This document shows positions 18,475 to 30,479 of a DNA stretch of 64,000 bases, one piece after another (the first letter of the stretch is position 1; every line of letters begins with the position of its first letter). The notes beneath the pieces were generated by a model that did not search any database, was not told the origin of the DNA, and saw only the letters and a program-made list of their open reading frames with translations. The stretch spans positions 2,711 to 66,710 of the forward strand of contig JAKSNX010000001.1 of NCBI GenBank assembly GCA_024405815.1, read 5' to 3'. Both the position numbers and the translations under genes were made by a program. This DNA comes from Paludibacteraceae bacterium (GTDB lineage Bacteria > Bacteroidota > Bacteroidia > Bacteroidales > Paludibacteraceae).

Positions 18475-18921
18475 TTATAAGATTATTACACTACCTCCGG
18501 CTTTCTCTATGGCCTCTTTAGCAGCGGCAGAGAACGCATTGGCAGAAACTTCCAACTTAGCAGTCAACTCACCTTTAGCAAGTATCTTTACTGGGTTCTT
18601 TGCTGTAGCAAATCCTGCTGCAATCAACTCCTCTACACCAATTTTCTCAAGTTTACTAGCATCAGCCAAAGCTTGAAGAGTTGAAAGGTTAACAGCCTTG
18701 AAAACAACTTTATTAAAGTTTTTGAAACCAAATTTTGGAAGACGACGTTGCATTGGCATTTGTCCGCCCTCAAAACCTATCTTCCTTTTATATCCGGAAC
18801 GTGATTTTGCACCTTTATGACCTCTTGTAGAGGTTCCGCCCAAACCAGAACCGGCACCACGACCAACTCTTTTACGCGTCTTAACAGAACCTTCTGCAGG
18901 TTTTAAATTACTTAAATCCAT
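18475..18921 (-). CDS. rplO: 50S ribosomal protein L15
   Basis: 148 aa with [18 protein letters not shown]. Confidence 0.95.
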   Translation of the reverse strand: MDLSNLKPAEGSVKTRKRVGRGAGSGLGGTSTRGHKGAKSRSGYKRKIGFEGGQMPMQRRLPKFGFKNFNKVVFKAVNLSTLQALADASKLEKIGVEELIAAGFATAKNPVKILAKGELTAKLEVSANAFSAAAKEAIEKAGGSVIIL

Positions 18922-18953
18922 TGTCTTAAAATTTTAATTGTTAAAATAAAGAG

Positions 18954-19130
18954 TTACTTCACTATCTCTACCAAGTGATTAACCTTGGCTACCATACCAA
19001 GAATTTGTGGAGTCGCCTCGTGCTCTACCACCGCATTCATTTTCTTCAATCCAAGTGAATCCAATGTCTGTTTCTGAACTTTTGGTATTCTGATTCTACT
19101 CTTAACTTGTTTAATCTTAATAGTTGCCAT
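18954..19130 (-). CDS. rpmD: 50S ribosomal protein L30 (58 aa)
   Basis: Below the ORF-track cutoff. Manual translation gives MATIKIKQVKSRIRIPKVQKQTLDSLGLKKMNAVVEHEATPQILGMVAKVNHLVEIVK, located between rpsE and rplO. Confidence 0.9.
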   Translation of the reverse strand: MATIKIKQVKSRIRIPKVQKQTLDSLGLKKMNAVVEHEATPQILGMVAKVNHLVEIVK

Positions 19131-19138
19131 AATTCAAA

Positions 19139-19660
19139 TTATTTACCGGTGAACACTTTTTCCATTGAAACACCTCTGTTCTTGGCTACTGTATAAGCAT
19201 CTCTCATCTCTGAAAGGGCAAGTATAGTTGCCTTAACAAGGTTATGTGGGTTAGATGAACCCTTAGACTTAGCAAGCACGTCTGTAATACCTACACTTTC
19301 AAGGACTGCACGCATAGCACCACCGGCCTTAACTCCGGTACCGGTTGTAGCTGGTTTCAAGAAAACCTCAGCGCCTCTGAATTTAGCGACTTGCTCATGA
19401 GGAATTGTACCTTTAAGAACAGGAACCTTTACTAAGTTCTTCTTAGCGGCATCAACTCCCTTTTGTATGGCAGTTGTAACCTCACCTGCTTTACCTAGGC
19501 CATAGCCAATTACTCCATCTTCATTGCCTACTACAACAATGGCTGCAAAAGTAAAGGTTCTACCACCCTTAGTTACCTTAGTAACACGATTGATTGCTAC
19601 CAATCTATCTTTTAGCTCACTGTCGTTTGCCAATCTTACTGAATTATTCTTTTCTGCCAT
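19139..19660 (-). CDS. rpsE: 30S ribosomal protein S5
   Basis: 173 aa with [23 protein letters not shown]. Confidence 0.96.
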   Translation of the reverse strand: MAEKNNSVRLANDSELKDRLVAINRVTKVTKGGRTFTFAAIVVVGNEDGVIGYGLGKAGEVTTAIQKGVDAAKKNLVKVPVLKGTIPHEQVAKFRGAEVFLKPATTGTGVKAGGAMRAVLESVGITDVLAKSKGSSNPHNLVKATILALSEMRDAYTVAKNRGVSMEKVFTGK

Positions 19661-19665
19661 AACGC

Positions 19666-20022
19666 TTAAAATTTAAGTCCTGCTTTACGAGCGGCTTCAG
19701 CCAACTCTTTTACTCTACCGTGGTAAATGTAACCATTACGGTCAAACACTACAGTATCAATACCGGCTGCAATAGCCTTCTTTGCAATTGATTCACCAAC
19801 CTTGGCTGATTTCTCAGTCTTGGTCATCTTATCTTTTATTGACTCAGATGATTCTGATACAATAGTTGTACCATTACCTTCTTTAGCAGTATCATCTATC
19901 AGTTGGGCATATATCTGACTATTGCTTCTAAAAACTGATAAACGAGGTCTTGAAGAGGTGCCTTTGACTTTGCTGCGAACACCTGCTTTAATCTTCAATC
20001 TTCTAGCTGTTTTATCTATCAT
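19666..20022 (-). CDS. rplR: 50S ribosomal protein L18
   Basis: 118 aa with [18 protein letters not shown] and [20 protein letters not shown]. Confidence 0.96.
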   Translation of the reverse strand: MIDKTARRLKIKAGVRSKVKGTSSRPRLSVFRSNSQIYAQLIDDTAKEGNGTTIVSESSESIKDKMTKTEKSAKVGESIAKKAIAAGIDTVVFDRNGYIYHGRVKELAEAARKAGLKF

Positions 20023-20038
20023 AGCATTATCATTTTAA

Positions 20039-20593
20039 TTATTTAGCACCTGCCGATTTTCCGGCCTTTCTACGAATCTGCTCGCCTTCAAACTTGACAC
20101 CCTTGCCCTTATATGGTTCAGGCTTACGGAATGAACGTAATTTTGCACAAACCTGCCCGATGAGCTGCTTGTCACAAGACTCAAGTATTACAAGCGGATT
20201 CATATTTCTCTCACTCTTTGTCTCCACCTTAATTTCAGGAGCCAACTTAACAAATATGTTGTGTGTATATCCAAGTGAAAGCTCCAAAACCTGACCATTG
20301 TTTGCGGCACGGAAACCCACACCCACAAGTTCAAGTGTCTTTTTATAGCCTTCAGACACACCAACAACCATATTATGAATCAAAGCACGATACAAGCCAT
20401 GCTTTGCACGAGACTCTTTCTCATCATTAGGACGGCTGACTACAACCTGACCCTCCTTAACCTCAACTGAGATAGATGAATCAATTGTCTGTTTCAATTC
20501 TCCCTTAGGACCTTTAACCGTTACCTCGTTACCGTTTACAGTAACAGTAACGCCCTTAGGCATATCAATAGGTAATTTTCCAATTCTAGACAT
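20039..20593 (-). CDS. rplF: 50S ribosomal protein L6
   Basis: MSRIGKLPI..., 184 aa. Confidence 0.96.
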   Translation of the reverse strand: MSRIGKLPIDMPKGVTVTVNGNEVTVKGPKGELKQTIDSSISVEVKEGQVVVSRPNDEKESRAKHGLYRALIHNMVVGVSEGYKKTLELVGVGFRAANNGQVLELSLGYTHNIFVKLAPEIKVETKSERNMNPLVILESCDKQLIGQVCAKLRSFRKPEPYKGKGVKFEGEQIRRKAGKSAGAK

Positions 20594-20608
20594 AATATTT
20601 CCCCTCCA

Positions 20609-20998
20609 TTAATAAACGTAACACAAAACTTCACCGCCAACATTTTGCTCGCGGGCCTCTTTATCGGTCATTACACCTTTAGAGGTGGAAATAATAGCAA
20701 TACCCAAACCATTCAAGACACGTGGAAGGTCTTTATGACTTGAGTACTTACGCAAACCTGGAGTAGAAACACGCTCCAAAGCCTTAATTGCGTTCACTTT
20801 GTTTACATACTTCAAGGCTATCTTAATTGTACCTTGAGGACCATCCTGCTCAAACTTGTAGTTCAAAATGAACCCTTGCTCAAACAAGATTCTTGTAAGT
20901 TCTTTCTTTAGATTAGACGCTGGCACCTCAACCACTCTGTGGCCTGCACTGATTGCATTACGCAAGCGCGTCAAATAATCTGCAATAGGATCTGTCAT
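20609..20998 (-). CDS. rpsH: 30S ribosomal protein S8
   Basis: [15 protein letters not shown]..., 129 aa. Confidence 0.96.
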   Translation of the reverse strand: MTDPIADYLTRLRNAISAGHRVVEVPASNLKKELTRILFEQGFILNYKFEQDGPQGTIKIALKYVNKVNAIKALERVSTPGLRKYSSHKDLPRVLNGLGIAIISTSKGVMTDKEAREQNVGGEVLCYVY

Positions 20999-21065
20999 TT
21001 TTTTTAATTTTAAATTAATCCGGACTACCCGGACAATATTTATTACTTAACACTTATTCAAGTTT

Positions 21066-21335
21066 TTACCAACTTGCCTTCTTAACACCTGGGATAAGAC
21101 CTTTTGAAGCCATCTCACGGAACTGAATACGGGAAATGCCGAACATACGGATGTAACCTTTTGGACGACCAGTAAGCTTACAACGGTTATGCAATCTTAC
21201 TGGAGACGCATTGCGTGGTATGCTTTGTAGTGCCTCATAGTTACCCTCCGCCTTATATTGTGCTCTTTTAGCGGCGTATTTCTCAACCATCTTGGCTCTC
21301 TTAACCTCACGGGCTTTCATTGACTCTTTTGCCAT
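21066..21335 (-). CDS. rpsN: 30S ribosomal protein S14 (long, non-zinc form)
   Basis: 89 aa ending [10 protein letters not shown]. Confidence 0.95.
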   Translation of the reverse strand: MAKESMKAREVKRAKMVEKYAAKRAQYKAEGNYEALQSIPRNASPVRLHNRCKLTGRPKGYIRMFGISRIQFREMASKGLIPGVKKASW

Positions 21336-21341
21336 AATCTC

Positions 21342-21884
21342 TTATTTTTTAAATGGTAAACCAAATTCTTTAAGAAGTGCAAAGGCTTCCTCATCTGTCT
21401 TGGCAGATGTTACAAAGGTGATATTCATTCCTGATAACTTAGTAACGGAATCAATATTGATTTCAGGGAAAATAATCTGCTCCTGGATACCAAGAGTGTA
21501 ATTTCCTCTTCCGTCAAGCTTGCTGTTAATACCCTTGAAGTCACGGATACGTGGTAAAGCCACACGCACAAGTTTCTCTAAAAACTCATACATTCTGTCA
21601 CGACGAAGTGTAACACATACGCCGATAGGCATTTTCTTACGCAACTTGAAGTTAGAAATATCCTTTTTAGAGTATGTAGCTATGGCTTTTTGACCCGATA
21701 TTGCAGTCATCTCGTTAACTGCAACCTCAATAATCTTCTTGTCTGCCACTGCATCACCCAAACCTTGATTTAGGACTATTTTCTCCAAAACAGGAATCTG
21801 CATAGCTGATTTATAACCGAACTGCTTCATTAAAGCAGGTGCTATACGTTCCTTATAGTCTGATTTATAACTAGCGGTATTCAT
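21342..21884 (-). CDS. rplE: 50S ribosomal protein L5
   Basis: 180 aa, in the conserved order after rplX. Confidence 0.95.
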   Translation of the reverse strand: MNTASYKSDYKERIAPALMKQFGYKSAMQIPVLEKIVLNQGLGDAVADKKIIEVAVNEMTAISGQKAIATYSKKDISNFKLRKKMPIGVCVTLRRDRMYEFLEKLVRVALPRIRDFKGINSKLDGRGNYTLGIQEQIIFPEINIDSVTKLSGMNITFVTSAKTDEEAFALLKEFGLPFKK

Positions 21885-22198
21885 TATTTAAATTCCTCCC
21901 CTGTTCTTTTAGAGTAACGTACTAACTTGCCATCCACCTCTTTACGACCTATACGAGTAGGTTTTCCGTCCTTACCTAAAAGGTTAAGGTTAGAGATTTG
22001 GATAGGAGCCTCTTTTTTCACGATGCCACCTTGTGGACTTTTTGCATTGGGTTTGGTATGCTTAGATACCATATTGGCGCCTTCTACTATAGCACGTTTT
22101 TTCTCAACATCTACAGATAGAACACGACCAGTCTTACCTTTATCATCACCAGCGTTGACGTAAACGGTATCACCCTTCTTTATGTGTAACTTGCTCAT
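21884..22198 (-). CDS. rplX: 50S ribosomal protein L24
   Basis: [27 protein letters not shown] (KOW motif), 104 aa. Confidence 0.95.
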   Translation of the reverse strand: MSKLHIKKGDTVYVNAGDDKGKTGRVLSVDVEKKRAIVEGANMVSKHTKPNAKSPQGGIVKKEAPIQISNLNLLGKDGKPTRIGRKEVDGKLVRYSKRTGEEFK

Positions 22199-22218
22199 TG
22201 TTTAATAATTTACTGTAA

Positions 22219-22584
22219 TTAAAGTACTTCAGGTGCCAATGAAACAATTTTCATATTAGTTGCACGTAACTCACGGGCGACAGGGCCGAATATACGGCTG
22301 CCTCTCATTTCACCCGCACCAGATAAAAGGACACATGCATTGTCGTCAAAACGGATGTAAGAGCCGTCAGCTCTTCTCAACTCCTTCTTTGTACGAACAA
22401 CTACAGCCTTTGAAACAGCTCCCTTCTTCATATCACTTGAAGGGATTACGGATTTAACCGTCACTACAATTATATCACCTACTGTGGCATACCTTTTGCC
22501 GGTACCGCCAAGCACTCGGATACAGAGAACTTCTTTAGCTCCACTGTTATCGGCTACTGTTAATCTTGATTCTTGCTGTATCAT
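22219..22584 (-). CDS. rplN: 50S ribosomal protein L14
   Basis: [27 protein letters not shown], 121 aa. Confidence 0.97.
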   Translation of the reverse strand: MIQQESRLTVADNSGAKEVLCIRVLGGTGKRYATVGDIIVVTVKSVIPSSDMKKGAVSKAVVVRTKKELRRADGSYIRFDDNACVLLSGAGEMRGSRIFGPVARELRATNMKIVSLAPEVL

Positions 22585-22586
22585 AA

Positions 22587-22838
22587 TTATTTAGCTTTTT
22601 CAACTATTTCAACTACTCTCCATCTTTTTGATTTGCTCAAAGGACGGGTTTCCATAATTCTCACAGTATCACCGATATGACACTCATTCTTTTCATCGTG
22701 GGCATGATATTTCTTGGTCTTGCTGACAAACTTGCCATAGATGGGGTGTTTCTCCTTCCACTCAATGGAAACAGTAACAGTCTTATCCATCTTATCGCTA
22801 GACACAACGCCTTGTCTTTCTTTTCTTAGATTTCTCAT
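22587..22838 (-). CDS. rpsQ: 30S ribosomal protein S17
   Basis: 83 aa with [16 protein letters not shown]...[13 protein letters not shown]. Confidence 0.95.
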   Translation of the reverse strand: MRNLRKERQGVVSSDKMDKTVTVSIEWKEKHPIYGKFVSKTKKYHAHDEKNECHIGDTVRIMETRPLSKSKRWRVVEIVEKAK

Positions 22839-22845
22839 ACGGCTC

Positions 22846-23046
22846 TTATTTTTTATTGTTCATTTCTCTTTTTGTAGCCTCTGTCATAAGACGTGCCACT
22901 GTTTTTCTAGCTTCACGAATTTGACACGGATTATCAAGCGGTGAAATAGCGTGATTCAATTTCATCTTAGACAGATTTATTTTCTCTGTCGCAATTCTCT
23001 CAACAAGCTCCTTGTCAGACAATTCTTTGATTTCTTTTGTTTTCAT
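22846..23046 (-). CDS. rpmC: 50S ribosomal protein L29
   Basis: 66 aa, [18 protein letters not shown]. Confidence 0.93.
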   Translation of the reverse strand: MKTKEIKELSDKELVERIATEKINLSKMKLNHAISPLDNPCQIREARKTVARLMTEATKREMNNKK

Positions 23047-23057
23047 ACTATTTCTGC

Positions 23058-23492
23058 TTAATCTTTATCGTTTTCAAAATCATAACTATTGCTTACAACA
23101 AACTTGGTTGTAATAGGCAATTTCTGAGCACCAAGGCGAAGAGCCTCTTTTGCCATCTCAAATGGAACTCCACCAACCTCAAACAACATTCTGCCTGGAG
23201 TTACAGGAGCTACAAATCCTTCTGGATTACCTTTACCTTTACCTTGACGGGTATCAGCAGGTTTCCTTGTTATGGCCTTGTCAGGGAATATACGAACCCA
23301 AACCTGACCTTGACGTTGCATATAACGTGTTATGGCTACACGGGCAGCCTCTATTTGGCGACCTGTTATCCATTTAGTCTGCAATGCTTTTATTCCGAAA
23401 GAACCGAAGGCAAGTTGGTTGCCACGCTGGGCTACGCCTTTTGACGGACATTTCTGTTGTCTGCGGAACTTAGTTTTCTTAGGTTGTAACAT
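23058..23492 (-). CDS. rplP: 50S ribosomal protein L16
   Basis: [14 protein letters not shown]..., 144 aa. Confidence 0.96.
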   Translation of the reverse strand: MLQPKKTKFRRQQKCPSKGVAQRGNQLAFGSFGIKALQTKWITGRQIEAARVAITRYMQRQGQVWVRIFPDKAITRKPADTRQGKGKGNPEGFVAPVTPGRMLFEVGGVPFEMAKEALRLGAQKLPITTKFVVSNSYDFENDKD

Positions 23493-23522
23493 AATTCTTA
23501 GAATAAACTTGATTTGACACTA

Positions 23523-24269
23523 TTATTTTTTCTTTCTACGGAAGCCTCCCTTACCTTTATTATCACCTCTGGCACCGCCTTGCATACGGCCGTTATCCTT
23601 AGATGAGTTGAATTGAGGCATCAAGTCCTTTTTACCATAGATTTCTCCACGGCAAATCCACACCTTGATACCAATGATACCAACTTTGGTCAAAGCCTCG
23701 CAGTGTGCATAATCTATATCGGCACGAAATGTATGCAGTGGTGTACGGCCCTCTTTGTACATCTCTGAACGAGCCATTTCAGCACCGTTCAAACGTCCTG
23801 CTACTTGTACCTTTATGCCTTCTGCTCCAACACGCATTGTGGATGCGATTGCTGTCTTAACGGCTCTACGGTAAGCGATTTTACCTTCCACCTGACGGGC
23901 TATTGTACTTGCTACTATAACTGCGTCAAGCTCAGGTTTCTTAACTTCAAAGATATTGATTTGAACTTCCTTATCAGTAATTTTCTTCAATTCCTCTTTA
24001 AGCTTGTCAACCTCCTCGCCACCTTTACCTATTATCATACCAGGCTTGGCTGTGCAAATTGTTATTGTAACAAGCTTTAGAGTACGCTCAATAACGATAC
24101 GTGAAATGCTGGCTTTAGCAAGACGTGTATCCAAATATTTTCTCAATTTGTAGTCTTCTAAAATGGTATCACCATAGTTTTTGCTTCTCTTTTTGTCTCC
24201 TATCCAGTTGGAGTCCCAGCCTTTGATGATTCCAAGACGATTGCTTATCGGATTAACTTTCTGTCCCAT
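23523..24269 (-). CDS. rpsC: 30S ribosomal protein S3 (with basic C-terminal extension)
   Basis: [14 protein letters not shown]..., 248 aa. Confidence 0.96.
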   Translation of the reverse strand: MGQKVNPISNRLGIIKGWDSNWIGDKKRSKNYGDTILEDYKLRKYLDTRLAKASISRIVIERTLKLVTITICTAKPGMIIGKGGEEVDKLKEELKKITDKEVQINIFEVKKPELDAVIVASTIARQVEGKIAYRRAVKTAIASTMRVGAEGIKVQVAGRLNGAEMARSEMYKEGRTPLHTFRADIDYAHCEALTKVGIIGIKVWICRGEIYGKKDLMPQFNSSKDNGRMQGGARGDNKGKGGFRRKKK

Positions 24270-24277
24270 ACCAACAA

Positions 24278-24682
24278 TTATTTATCATTTTTATTAATAC
24301 TGTCAACACAAATGGTTATATGATTGGAACGCTTGCGGATTCTGTAGCCACGACCTTGTGGAGCCGGACGCAATCTCTTCAGGGTTCTGCCACCGTCAAC
24401 ATAAACGGCACTTACAACCAAATTACCATCTTCAGCCTTTTGGCTTGTCTTCTGCTCCCAATTGTTAATTGCAGAAAGAAGGAGTTTCTCCATTTTTGCA
24501 GAGGCCTCTTTCTTGGAGAATTTCAACATACCGAGGGCTTTCTGTACCTCAACGCCACGTATCATATCTGCAAGCAGACGCATTTTACGCGGTGATGTTG
24601 GAACATCGTTGAGCTTTGCATAGTAAAGAGCCTTTTTAGCCTCCTTACTGCTATTTGCCGAGTTTCTTTTTCTAACACCCAT
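24278..24682 (-). CDS. rplV: 50S ribosomal protein L22
   Basis: 134 aa, in the conserved order between rpsS and rpsC. Confidence 0.94.
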   Translation of the reverse strand: MGVRKRNSANSSKEAKKALYYAKLNDVPTSPRKMRLLADMIRGVEVQKALGMLKFSKKEASAKMEKLLLSAINNWEQKTSQKAEDGNLVVSAVYVDGGRTLKRLRPAPQGRGYRIRKRSNHITICVDSINKNDK

Positions 24683-24698
24683 ATCTTATAATTTTTTA

Positions 24699-24962
24699 TT
24701 ATCTGTTACCACTATGGCCTCTAAAGGTACGGGTTGGAGCAAACTCTCCCAACTTGTGACCAACCATATTTTCTGTGATATACACAGGAATGAACTTATT
24801 TCCGTTATGTACGTTTATTGTATGGCCTACAAAATCCGGAGAGATCATAGAAGCCCTGGACCACGTTTTAATTGCGGATTTCTTATTAGCCTCATTCATA
24901 GCAATGATTCTCTTTTCAAGCTTCACCTCTATATATGGACCTTTTTTTAATGAACGACTCAT
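24699..24962 (-). CDS. rpsS: 30S ribosomal protein S19
   Basis: [11 protein letters not shown]..., 87 aa. Confidence 0.96.
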   Translation of the reverse strand: MSRSLKKGPYIEVKLEKRIIAMNEANKKSAIKTWSRASMISPDFVGHTINVHNGNKFIPVYITENMVGHKLGEFAPTRTFRGHSGNR

Positions 24963-24986
24963 AATTCTTTTTGTTAATTCAGGTTA

Positions 24987-25811
24987 CTACTTAGTTCTTC
25001 TCTCAATTATATATTTGTTTGAGGCCTTCTTTGGTGTACGTGTCTTGTAACCCTTAGCAAGTAAGCCCTTACGTGACCTTGGATGACCACCTGAAGCACG
25101 ACCTTCACCACCACCCATCGGGTGATCTACTGGGTTCATTACAACACCACGGTTATGTGGACGGCGACCTAACCAGCGTGAACGACCTGCCTTACCAGAT
25201 TGCTCAAGAGCGTGGTCTGAGTTACCTACTACACCTATGGTAGCCTTGCACTCGCAAAGTATCATACGCATCTCGCCTGAAGGCAATTTGATGATTGCAT
25301 ACTTACCTTCACGTGAAGCAAGCTGAGCGAATGTTCCTGCAGAACGTACCAAAGCGGCACCCTGACCCGGACGTAACTCAATATTATGAATTACAGTACC
25401 AAGCGGGATGTTCTGTAGTGGAAGTGCATTACCAACTTCAGGTGCGGCATTCTCTCCTGAGAGAAGCACCTGACCTACCTCCAAACCATTAGGAGCAAGA
25501 ATATAGCGTTTTTCGCCATCTGCATAGAACAAAAGCGCAATACGAGCAGAACGGTTAGGGTCATACTCTATTGTCTTTACTGTTGCAGGAATTCCATCCT
25601 TGTTACGTTTGAAGTCAATTACTCTATACTTTCTCTTGTGTCCGCCACCAATGTAGCGCATAGTCATCTTACCGGTGTTATTACGACCTCCAGTCTGAGA
25701 CTTTCCAACCACAAGAGACTTTTCTGGAACCTGTTCGGTAATTGTTTCGAAGGCTCCAATAACTTTGTGTCTCTGCCCCGGTGTTGTGGGGTTGAATTTA
25801 CGTACAGCCAT
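24987..25811 (-). CDS. rplB: 50S ribosomal protein L2
   Basis: 274 aa with [17 protein letters not shown]. Confidence 0.97.
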   Translation of the reverse strand: MAVRKFNPTTPGQRHKVIGAFETITEQVPEKSLVVGKSQTGGRNNTGKMTMRYIGGGHKRKYRVIDFKRNKDGIPATVKTIEYDPNRSARIALLFYADGEKRYILAPNGLEVGQVLLSGENAAPEVGNALPLQNIPLGTVIHNIELRPGQGAALVRSAGTFAQLASREGKYAIIKLPSGEMRMILCECKATIGVVGNSDHALEQSGKAGRSRWLGRRPHNRGVVMNPVDHPMGGGEGRASGGHPRSRKGLLAKGYKTRTPKKASNKYIIERRTK

Positions 25812-25820
25812 TTCTAACTA

Positions 25821-26111
25821 TTAAATATTGCTATAAAAATCTATTGTATCTCCCTTTTTAAGTGTGACCACCGCTTTCTTATAATCAGATGTTGAACCTG
25901 TTATAATACCTGCTTTGGTGTAGCGGCTCTTCACTTTACCTTTTACAACCGCTGTATTCACACTTACAACCTTAACATTGTAAGCCTTCTCTACAGCAGC
26001 TTTAATTTGCTCTTTATCAGCATCTTTTACAACTTTAAAGGCATATTTTCCCAACTTGTCTGTAAGACCGGTTGCCTTTTCTGTAACTATAGGTTTGATT
26101 ATTATTCCCAT
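25821..26111 (-). CDS. rplW: 50S ribosomal protein L23
   Basis: 96 aa with IIKPIVTEKA. Confidence 0.94.
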   Translation of the reverse strand: MGIIIKPIVTEKATGLTDKLGKYAFKVVKDADKEQIKAAVEKAYNVKVVSVNTAVVKGKVKSRYTKAGIITGSTSDYKKAVVTLKKGDTIDFYSNI

Positions 26112-26123
26112 GGTTTTTCCTCC

Positions 26124-26753
26124 TTATGCGTTAAAAGTTGCAGCAATGCCCTCAAGTGCCTTCTCTGTAACAATCAGGCATTTGGCATCCAAAATCTTGT
26201 AAGTATTGAGTTCTGTTGATACAGTAACATCTGCCTTTTCAAGATTACGGGCTGATAAAAATACATTATTATTAGGCTCTGCAAGAACCAATAGTGATTT
26301 CTTGTCGTTAGCCTTGATAGCACTTAACATTGCTATATACTCTTTTGTCTTAGGAGCTTCAAATGAGAAATCCTCCATTACAACTAGTGCGTTATCCTTA
26401 ACCTTGTATGCCAAAGCGGATTTACGTGCAAGCTGTTTGAGTTTCTTATTCAATTTGAAACTATAGTCACGTGGTGTTGGACCAAATACACGACCACCAC
26501 CTACGCGGACTGGTGAGTTGATATCACCTGGACGTGCACCGCCGCCACCTTTCTGACGACCTAATTTACGAGTACTACCAGAAACCTCACTTCTCTCTTT
26601 TGACTTGTGTGTTCCCTGGCGTTTATTGGCCATATACTGCTTTACATCCAAGTAAATAGCGTGGTCATTTGGCTCAATGCCGAAGATAGATTCATCTAAT
26701 GTAACCTTTCTTCCGGTCTCTTTTCCCTGTATGTTTAATATACTGAGTTCCAT
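26124..26753 (-). CDS. rplD: 50S ribosomal protein L4
   Basis: 209 aa with [28 protein letters not shown]. Confidence 0.95.
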   Translation of the reverse strand: MELSILNIQGKETGRKVTLDESIFGIEPNDHAIYLDVKQYMANKRQGTHKSKERSEVSGSTRKLGRQKGGGGARPGDINSPVRVGGGRVFGPTPRDYSFKLNKKLKQLARKSALAYKVKDNALVVMEDFSFEAPKTKEYIAMLSAIKANDKKSLLVLAEPNNNVFLSARNLEKADVTVSTELNTYKILDAKCLIVTEKALEGIAATFNA

Positions 26754-27370
26754 TACTTGTTTACAATTACAATTGAACCTTTAGCACCGGGAACCGAACC
26801 TTTTATAAGAAGAAGGTTATTCTCCGGAATAATCTTTAAAATCTCTAAGTTTTGAACTGTGACTCTGGCATCGCCCATTTGACCACCCATGCGCATTCCT
26901 TTGAATACTTTTGCAGGGTAAGAGCAAGCACCTATAGAGCCCGGTTTACGCTGACGGTTATGCTGACCGTGTGTTATCTGACCAACACCGCCAAATCCGT
27001 GACGCTTAACTACGCCTTGATAACCTTTACCTTTTGAAGTTCCTATAACATCAACCCATGTTGTGTCTGAGAACAAATCAACGGTAATAACATCACTCGC
27101 CTTGACTGATGAGTCAAAGCCTTTGAACTCAACCAAGTGGTACTTTGGTGTTGCACCTATTTTCTTAAACAAACCAGCCTCAGGTTTTGTGACATTTTTC
27201 TCTTTTTTGTCTTCAAAACCTAATTGAATAGCCTCATAGCCATCTTTTTCAGCGGTTTTAACTTGGGTTACAACACAAGGACCAGCTTCGATAACAGTGC
27301 ATGGAACATTTTTTCCATCAGCACTGAAAACGGAAGTCATTCCGATTTTTTTTCCAATTAATCCTGGCAT
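26753..27370 (-). CDS. rplC: 50S ribosomal protein L3
   Basis: [15 protein letters not shown]..., 205 aa. Confidence 0.96.
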   Translation of the reverse strand: MPGLIGKKIGMTSVFSADGKNVPCTVIEAGPCVVTQVKTAEKDGYEAIQLGFEDKKEKNVTKPEAGLFKKIGATPKYHLVEFKGFDSSVKASDVITVDLFSDTTWVDVIGTSKGKGYQGVVKRHGFGGVGQITHGQHNRQRKPGSIGACSYPAKVFKGMRMGGQMGDARVTVQNLEILKIIPENNLLLIKGSVPGAKGSIVIVNK

Positions 27371-27393
27371 TTCTTAGTGTATTATTAAATTTA

Positions 27394-27699
27394 TTAAACT
27401 TTTATTTCAACTCCTACGCCACTTGGCAATTCAAGTTTCATTAAAGCGTCAACTGTCTTTGCTGTAGAGCTATAAATGTCTATAAGACGTTTATATGAAA
27501 ACAGTTGGAATTGCTCACGAGACTTCTTGTTCACAAAAGTGGAACGGTTAACTGTAAATAGGCGCTTGTGTGTAGGTAGTGGAATTGGTCCGCTAACAAT
27601 TGCTCCGGTGGCCTTTACCGTCTTTACGATTTTCTCAGCTGACTTGTCAACCAAGTTGTAATCGTAAGATTTTAATTTGATTCTAATTTTCTGGTTCAT
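27394..27699 (-). CDS. rpsJ: 30S ribosomal protein S10
   Basis: [13 protein letters not shown]..., 101 aa. Confidence 0.96.
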   Translation of the reverse strand: MNQKIRIKLKSYDYNLVDKSAEKIVKTVKATGAIVSGPIPLPTHKRLFTVNRSTFVNKKSREQFQLFSYKRLIDIYSSTAKTVDALMKLELPSGVGVEIKV

Positions 27700-27716
27700 T
27701 TTTTTTAATATTTAAC

Positions 27717-27746
27717 GGCGGTTTAAGAATCATTTGCTAAACCGCC
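27717..27746 (-). promoter_or_regulatory. Perfect 9 bp stem hairpin in the fusA-rpsJ spacer (S10 leader)
   Basis: GGCGGTTTA (27717-27725) pairs with TAAACCGCC (27738-27746) across a 12 nt loop. In the sense direction it starts 7 nt after the fusA stop and ends 17 nt before the rpsJ ATG. It is not followed by a U-run on the sense strand. Confidence 0.4.
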
Positions 27747-27752
27747 AATTTT

Positions 27753-29870
27753 TTACAATAATTCTGTATGTCCTTTAACCTCTTCAAGAACTGCTTTAGC
27801 AATGGATGTTGAAACCTCTGCATAGTGAGAGAACTCCATTGATGATGTTGCTCTACCCGATGTAATGGTACGCAGTGCTGTTACATAGCCAAACATCTCT
27901 GCTAGTGGCACTTTAGCCTTTACAATACGTGCACCTGTACGGCTTGTCTCCATGCCTTCTACCTGTCCACGACGTTTGTTAAGGTCACCTATAACATCAC
28001 CCATATTCTCTTCCGGGGTTACAACCTCTATTTTCATAATTGGCTCCAGCAATACAGGTTTTGCTTTTGCACAAGCATTCTTGAATGCTATCTGAGCACA
28101 AATTTCAAATGAGATTTGGTCTGAGTCAACTGGGTGGTATGAGCCATCCACTACTACAACCTTCATCTTATCTACAGGATATCCGGCAAGCACACCATTA
28201 CGCATCGCTGCCAAGAAACCTTTCTGTATGGCAGGGATAAACTCCTTAGGAATGTTACCGCCCTTAACCTCATCTATAAACTGAAGGTCACCTTCAAAGC
28301 CCTCATCGGCAGGACCTACTTTAAGAATCATATCGGCAAACTTACCACGACCACCAGACTGCTTTTTGTAAACCTCACGCAAGTCAACTGTATTCTTGAT
28401 AGCCTCCTTATATGATACTTGTGGACGACCTTGGTTACACTCAACCTTGAACTCACGACGAAGACGGTCAATAATAATCTCAAGGTGAAGCTCACCCATA
28501 CCGCTAATTATTGTTTGTCCTGTCTGCTCATCTGTCTTAACTGTAAATGTAGGGTCCTCCTCTGCAAGTTTTGCAAGTCCGTTGCTCAACTTATCAAGGT
28601 CTTTCTGTGTCTTAGGCTCCACAGCGATACCGATAACTGGGTCTGGGAAATCTATAGACTCAAGTGTCATTGGGTGCTCCTCATCACAAAGGGTGTCACC
28701 AGTACGTATATCCTTGAATCCTACACCTGCACCTATATCACCTGCTGCAATAAAGTCAACAGGGTTCTGCTTGTTAGAGTGCATTTGGAATATACGGGAA
28801 ATACGCTCCTTCTTACCTGAACGTGTATTAAACACGTATGAGCCTGCATCTATCTTTCCAGAATAAACGCGGAAGAAACATAAACGACCTACGTATGGGT
28901 CTGTTGCTATCTTAAATGCTAATGCACAGGTAGGCTCCTCTTCTGAAGGTTTGCGGGTTATCTTAACCTCAGCATCACGGACATCGTGTCCTACAACCTC
29001 ATCTGTATCAAGTGGTGAAGGAAGATATGCACAAACTGCATCAAGCATTGTCTGTACACCTTTATTCTTGAATGAAGAACCGCAAATCATTGGGTAAATC
29101 TTCATTGCAAGTGTTCCCTTACGGATTGCTCTCTTAATCTCCTCTTCTGTAATCTTGGAAGGGTCATCAAAATACTTCTCCATAAGTTCATCATCAAACT
29201 CAGCTATTGTCTCAAGCATTTTTGCTCTCCACTCATCAGCCTCTGCCTGAAGTTCTGCAGGTATCTCGGCAACCTCATATTCAGCTCCCATTGTCTCATC
29301 GTGCCAAAGGATCGCTTTCATCTTTACAAGGTCAACCACACCTTTAAATGTCTCCTCTGCACCTATAGGAATTTGTATAGGACAAGGATTTGCACCAAGA
29401 ACATCATGCACCTGACGTACTACATCAAAAAAGTCTGCACCTGAACGGTCCATCTTGTTAACATAGCCAATACGAGGAACGTTGTACTTATCTGCCTGAC
29501 GCCATACTGTCTCAGACTGTGGCTCAACACCACCTACTGCACAGAATGCCGCAACTGCACCATCAAGGATACGCAATGAACGCTCTACCTCTACAGTAAA
29601 GTCAACGTGTCCCGGGGTGTCAATCAGGTTTATCTTGTATTGATCATTATTGTATTTCCAAAATGTGGTGGTGGCGGCAGATGTGATTGTTATACCACGC
29701 TCCTGCTCCTGCTCCATCCAGTCCATAGTAGCGGCTCCGTCATGAACCTCACCTATTTTATGGGTAAGTCCTGTATAAAACAGAATACGCTCTGATGTAG
29801 TGGTTTTGCCCGCATCAATGTGGGCCATAATACCAATATTTCTTGTGAAATGTAAGTCTTTCTTAGCCAT
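27753..29870 (-). CDS. fusA: Elongation factor G
   Basis: 705 aa with [20 protein letters not shown] and DTPGHVDF. Confidence 0.97.
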   Translation of the reverse strand: MAKKDLHFTRNIGIMAHIDAGKTTTSERILFYTGLTHKIGEVHDGAATMDWMEQEQERGITITSAATTTFWKYNNDQYKINLIDTPGHVDFTVEVERSLRILDGAVAAFCAVGGVEPQSETVWRQADKYNVPRIGYVNKMDRSGADFFDVVRQVHDVLGANPCPIQIPIGAEETFKGVVDLVKMKAILWHDETMGAEYEVAEIPAELQAEADEWRAKMLETIAEFDDELMEKYFDDPSKITEEEIKRAIRKGTLAMKIYPMICGSSFKNKGVQTMLDAVCAYLPSPLDTDEVVGHDVRDAEVKITRKPSEEEPTCALAFKIATDPYVGRLCFFRVYSGKIDAGSYVFNTRSGKKERISRIFQMHSNKQNPVDFIAAGDIGAGVGFKDIRTGDTLCDEEHPMTLESIDFPDPVIGIAVEPKTQKDLDKLSNGLAKLAEEDPTFTVKTDEQTGQTIISGMGELHLEIIIDRLRREFKVECNQGRPQVSYKEAIKNTVDLREVYKKQSGGRGKFADMILKVGPADEGFEGDLQFIDEVKGGNIPKEFIPAIQKGFLAAMRNGVLAGYPVDKMKVVVVDGSYHPVDSDQISFEICAQIAFKNACAKAKPVLLEPIMKIEVVTPEENMGDVIGDLNKRRGQVEGMETSRTGARIVKAKVPLAEMFGYVTALRTITSGRATSSMEFSHYAEVSTSIAKAVLEEVKGHTELL

Positions 29871-29882
29871 CTTATATTCTAA

Positions 29883-30359
29883 TTAAAAACGGAAATGGGC
29901 AAATGCACGGTTAGCCTCAGCCATACGGTGCATATCCTCTTTACGTTTAAATGCGGCACCTTGCATATTAAATGCGTCAACTATCTCTGCGGCAAGCTTA
30001 TCAGCCATTGTCTTACCACCTCTTTTACGAGAGAATATAATCATATTCTTCATTGAGATTGACTCTTTTCTCTCTGGGCGTATTTCTGTAGGCACTTGGA
30101 ATGTAGCACCACCTATACGGCGTGACTTCACCTCTACTTGTGGGGTGATGTTCTCCAATGCTTTTTTCCAAATTTCGAGTGCGCTTTTTGTTTCATTCGG
30201 CATTTTAGACTTGACATTGTCAAGAGCTTCGTAGAAAATGGTAAATGCGGTTGATTTCTTACCGTCATACATCAAATGGTTTACAAACTTTGTAACCATA
30301 ACCTCGCCGAAAACAGGATCAGGTAGTACGATCCTTTTCTTTGGTTTCGCTTTTCTCAT
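29883..30359 (-). CDS. rpsG: 30S ribosomal protein S7
   Basis: 158 aa ending [10 protein letters not shown]. Confidence 0.96.
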   Translation of the reverse strand: MRKAKPKKRIVLPDPVFGEVMVTKFVNHLMYDGKKSTAFTIFYEALDNVKSKMPNETKSALEIWKKALENITPQVEVKSRRIGGATFQVPTEIRPERKESISMKNMIIFSRKRGGKTMADKLAAEIVDAFNMQGAAFKRKEDMHRMAEANRAFAHFRF

Positions 30360-30408
30360 CTTTTAAATAAATTATCCGTTTTGAATTCTGGTTGCCTGTT
30401 ATTGTCTT

Positions 30409-30428
30409 CAAAAGGTTCCGCCTGAACC
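30409..30428 (-). terminator. Weak terminator/attenuator-like hairpin 2 in the rpsL-rpsG spacer
   Basis: The sense (minus) strand reads GGUUC-AGGCG-GAACC followed by UUUUG (plus-strand A-run 30410-30413). Confidence 0.3.
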
Positions 30429-30450
30429 AATTTACTCAACCTATGCTTTC

Positions 30451-30479
30451 CCAAAAACAAAACAGTATTAAAAACTGTT
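30451..30479 (-). terminator. Weak terminator/attenuator-like hairpin 1 just downstream of rpsL
   Basis: The sense strand reads AACAGU-UUUUAAU-ACUGUU followed by UUGUUUUUGG. The stem is 6 bp and AT-rich. Confidence 0.3.

Noticed and set aside
27717-27754. fusA-rpsJ hairpin considered as an intrinsic terminator.
   Set aside because: The T-run follows the hairpin only on the plus strand, where nothing is transcribed toward it. On the sense (minus) strand no U-run follows the hairpin. It is kept only as a candidate regulatory or processing structure.
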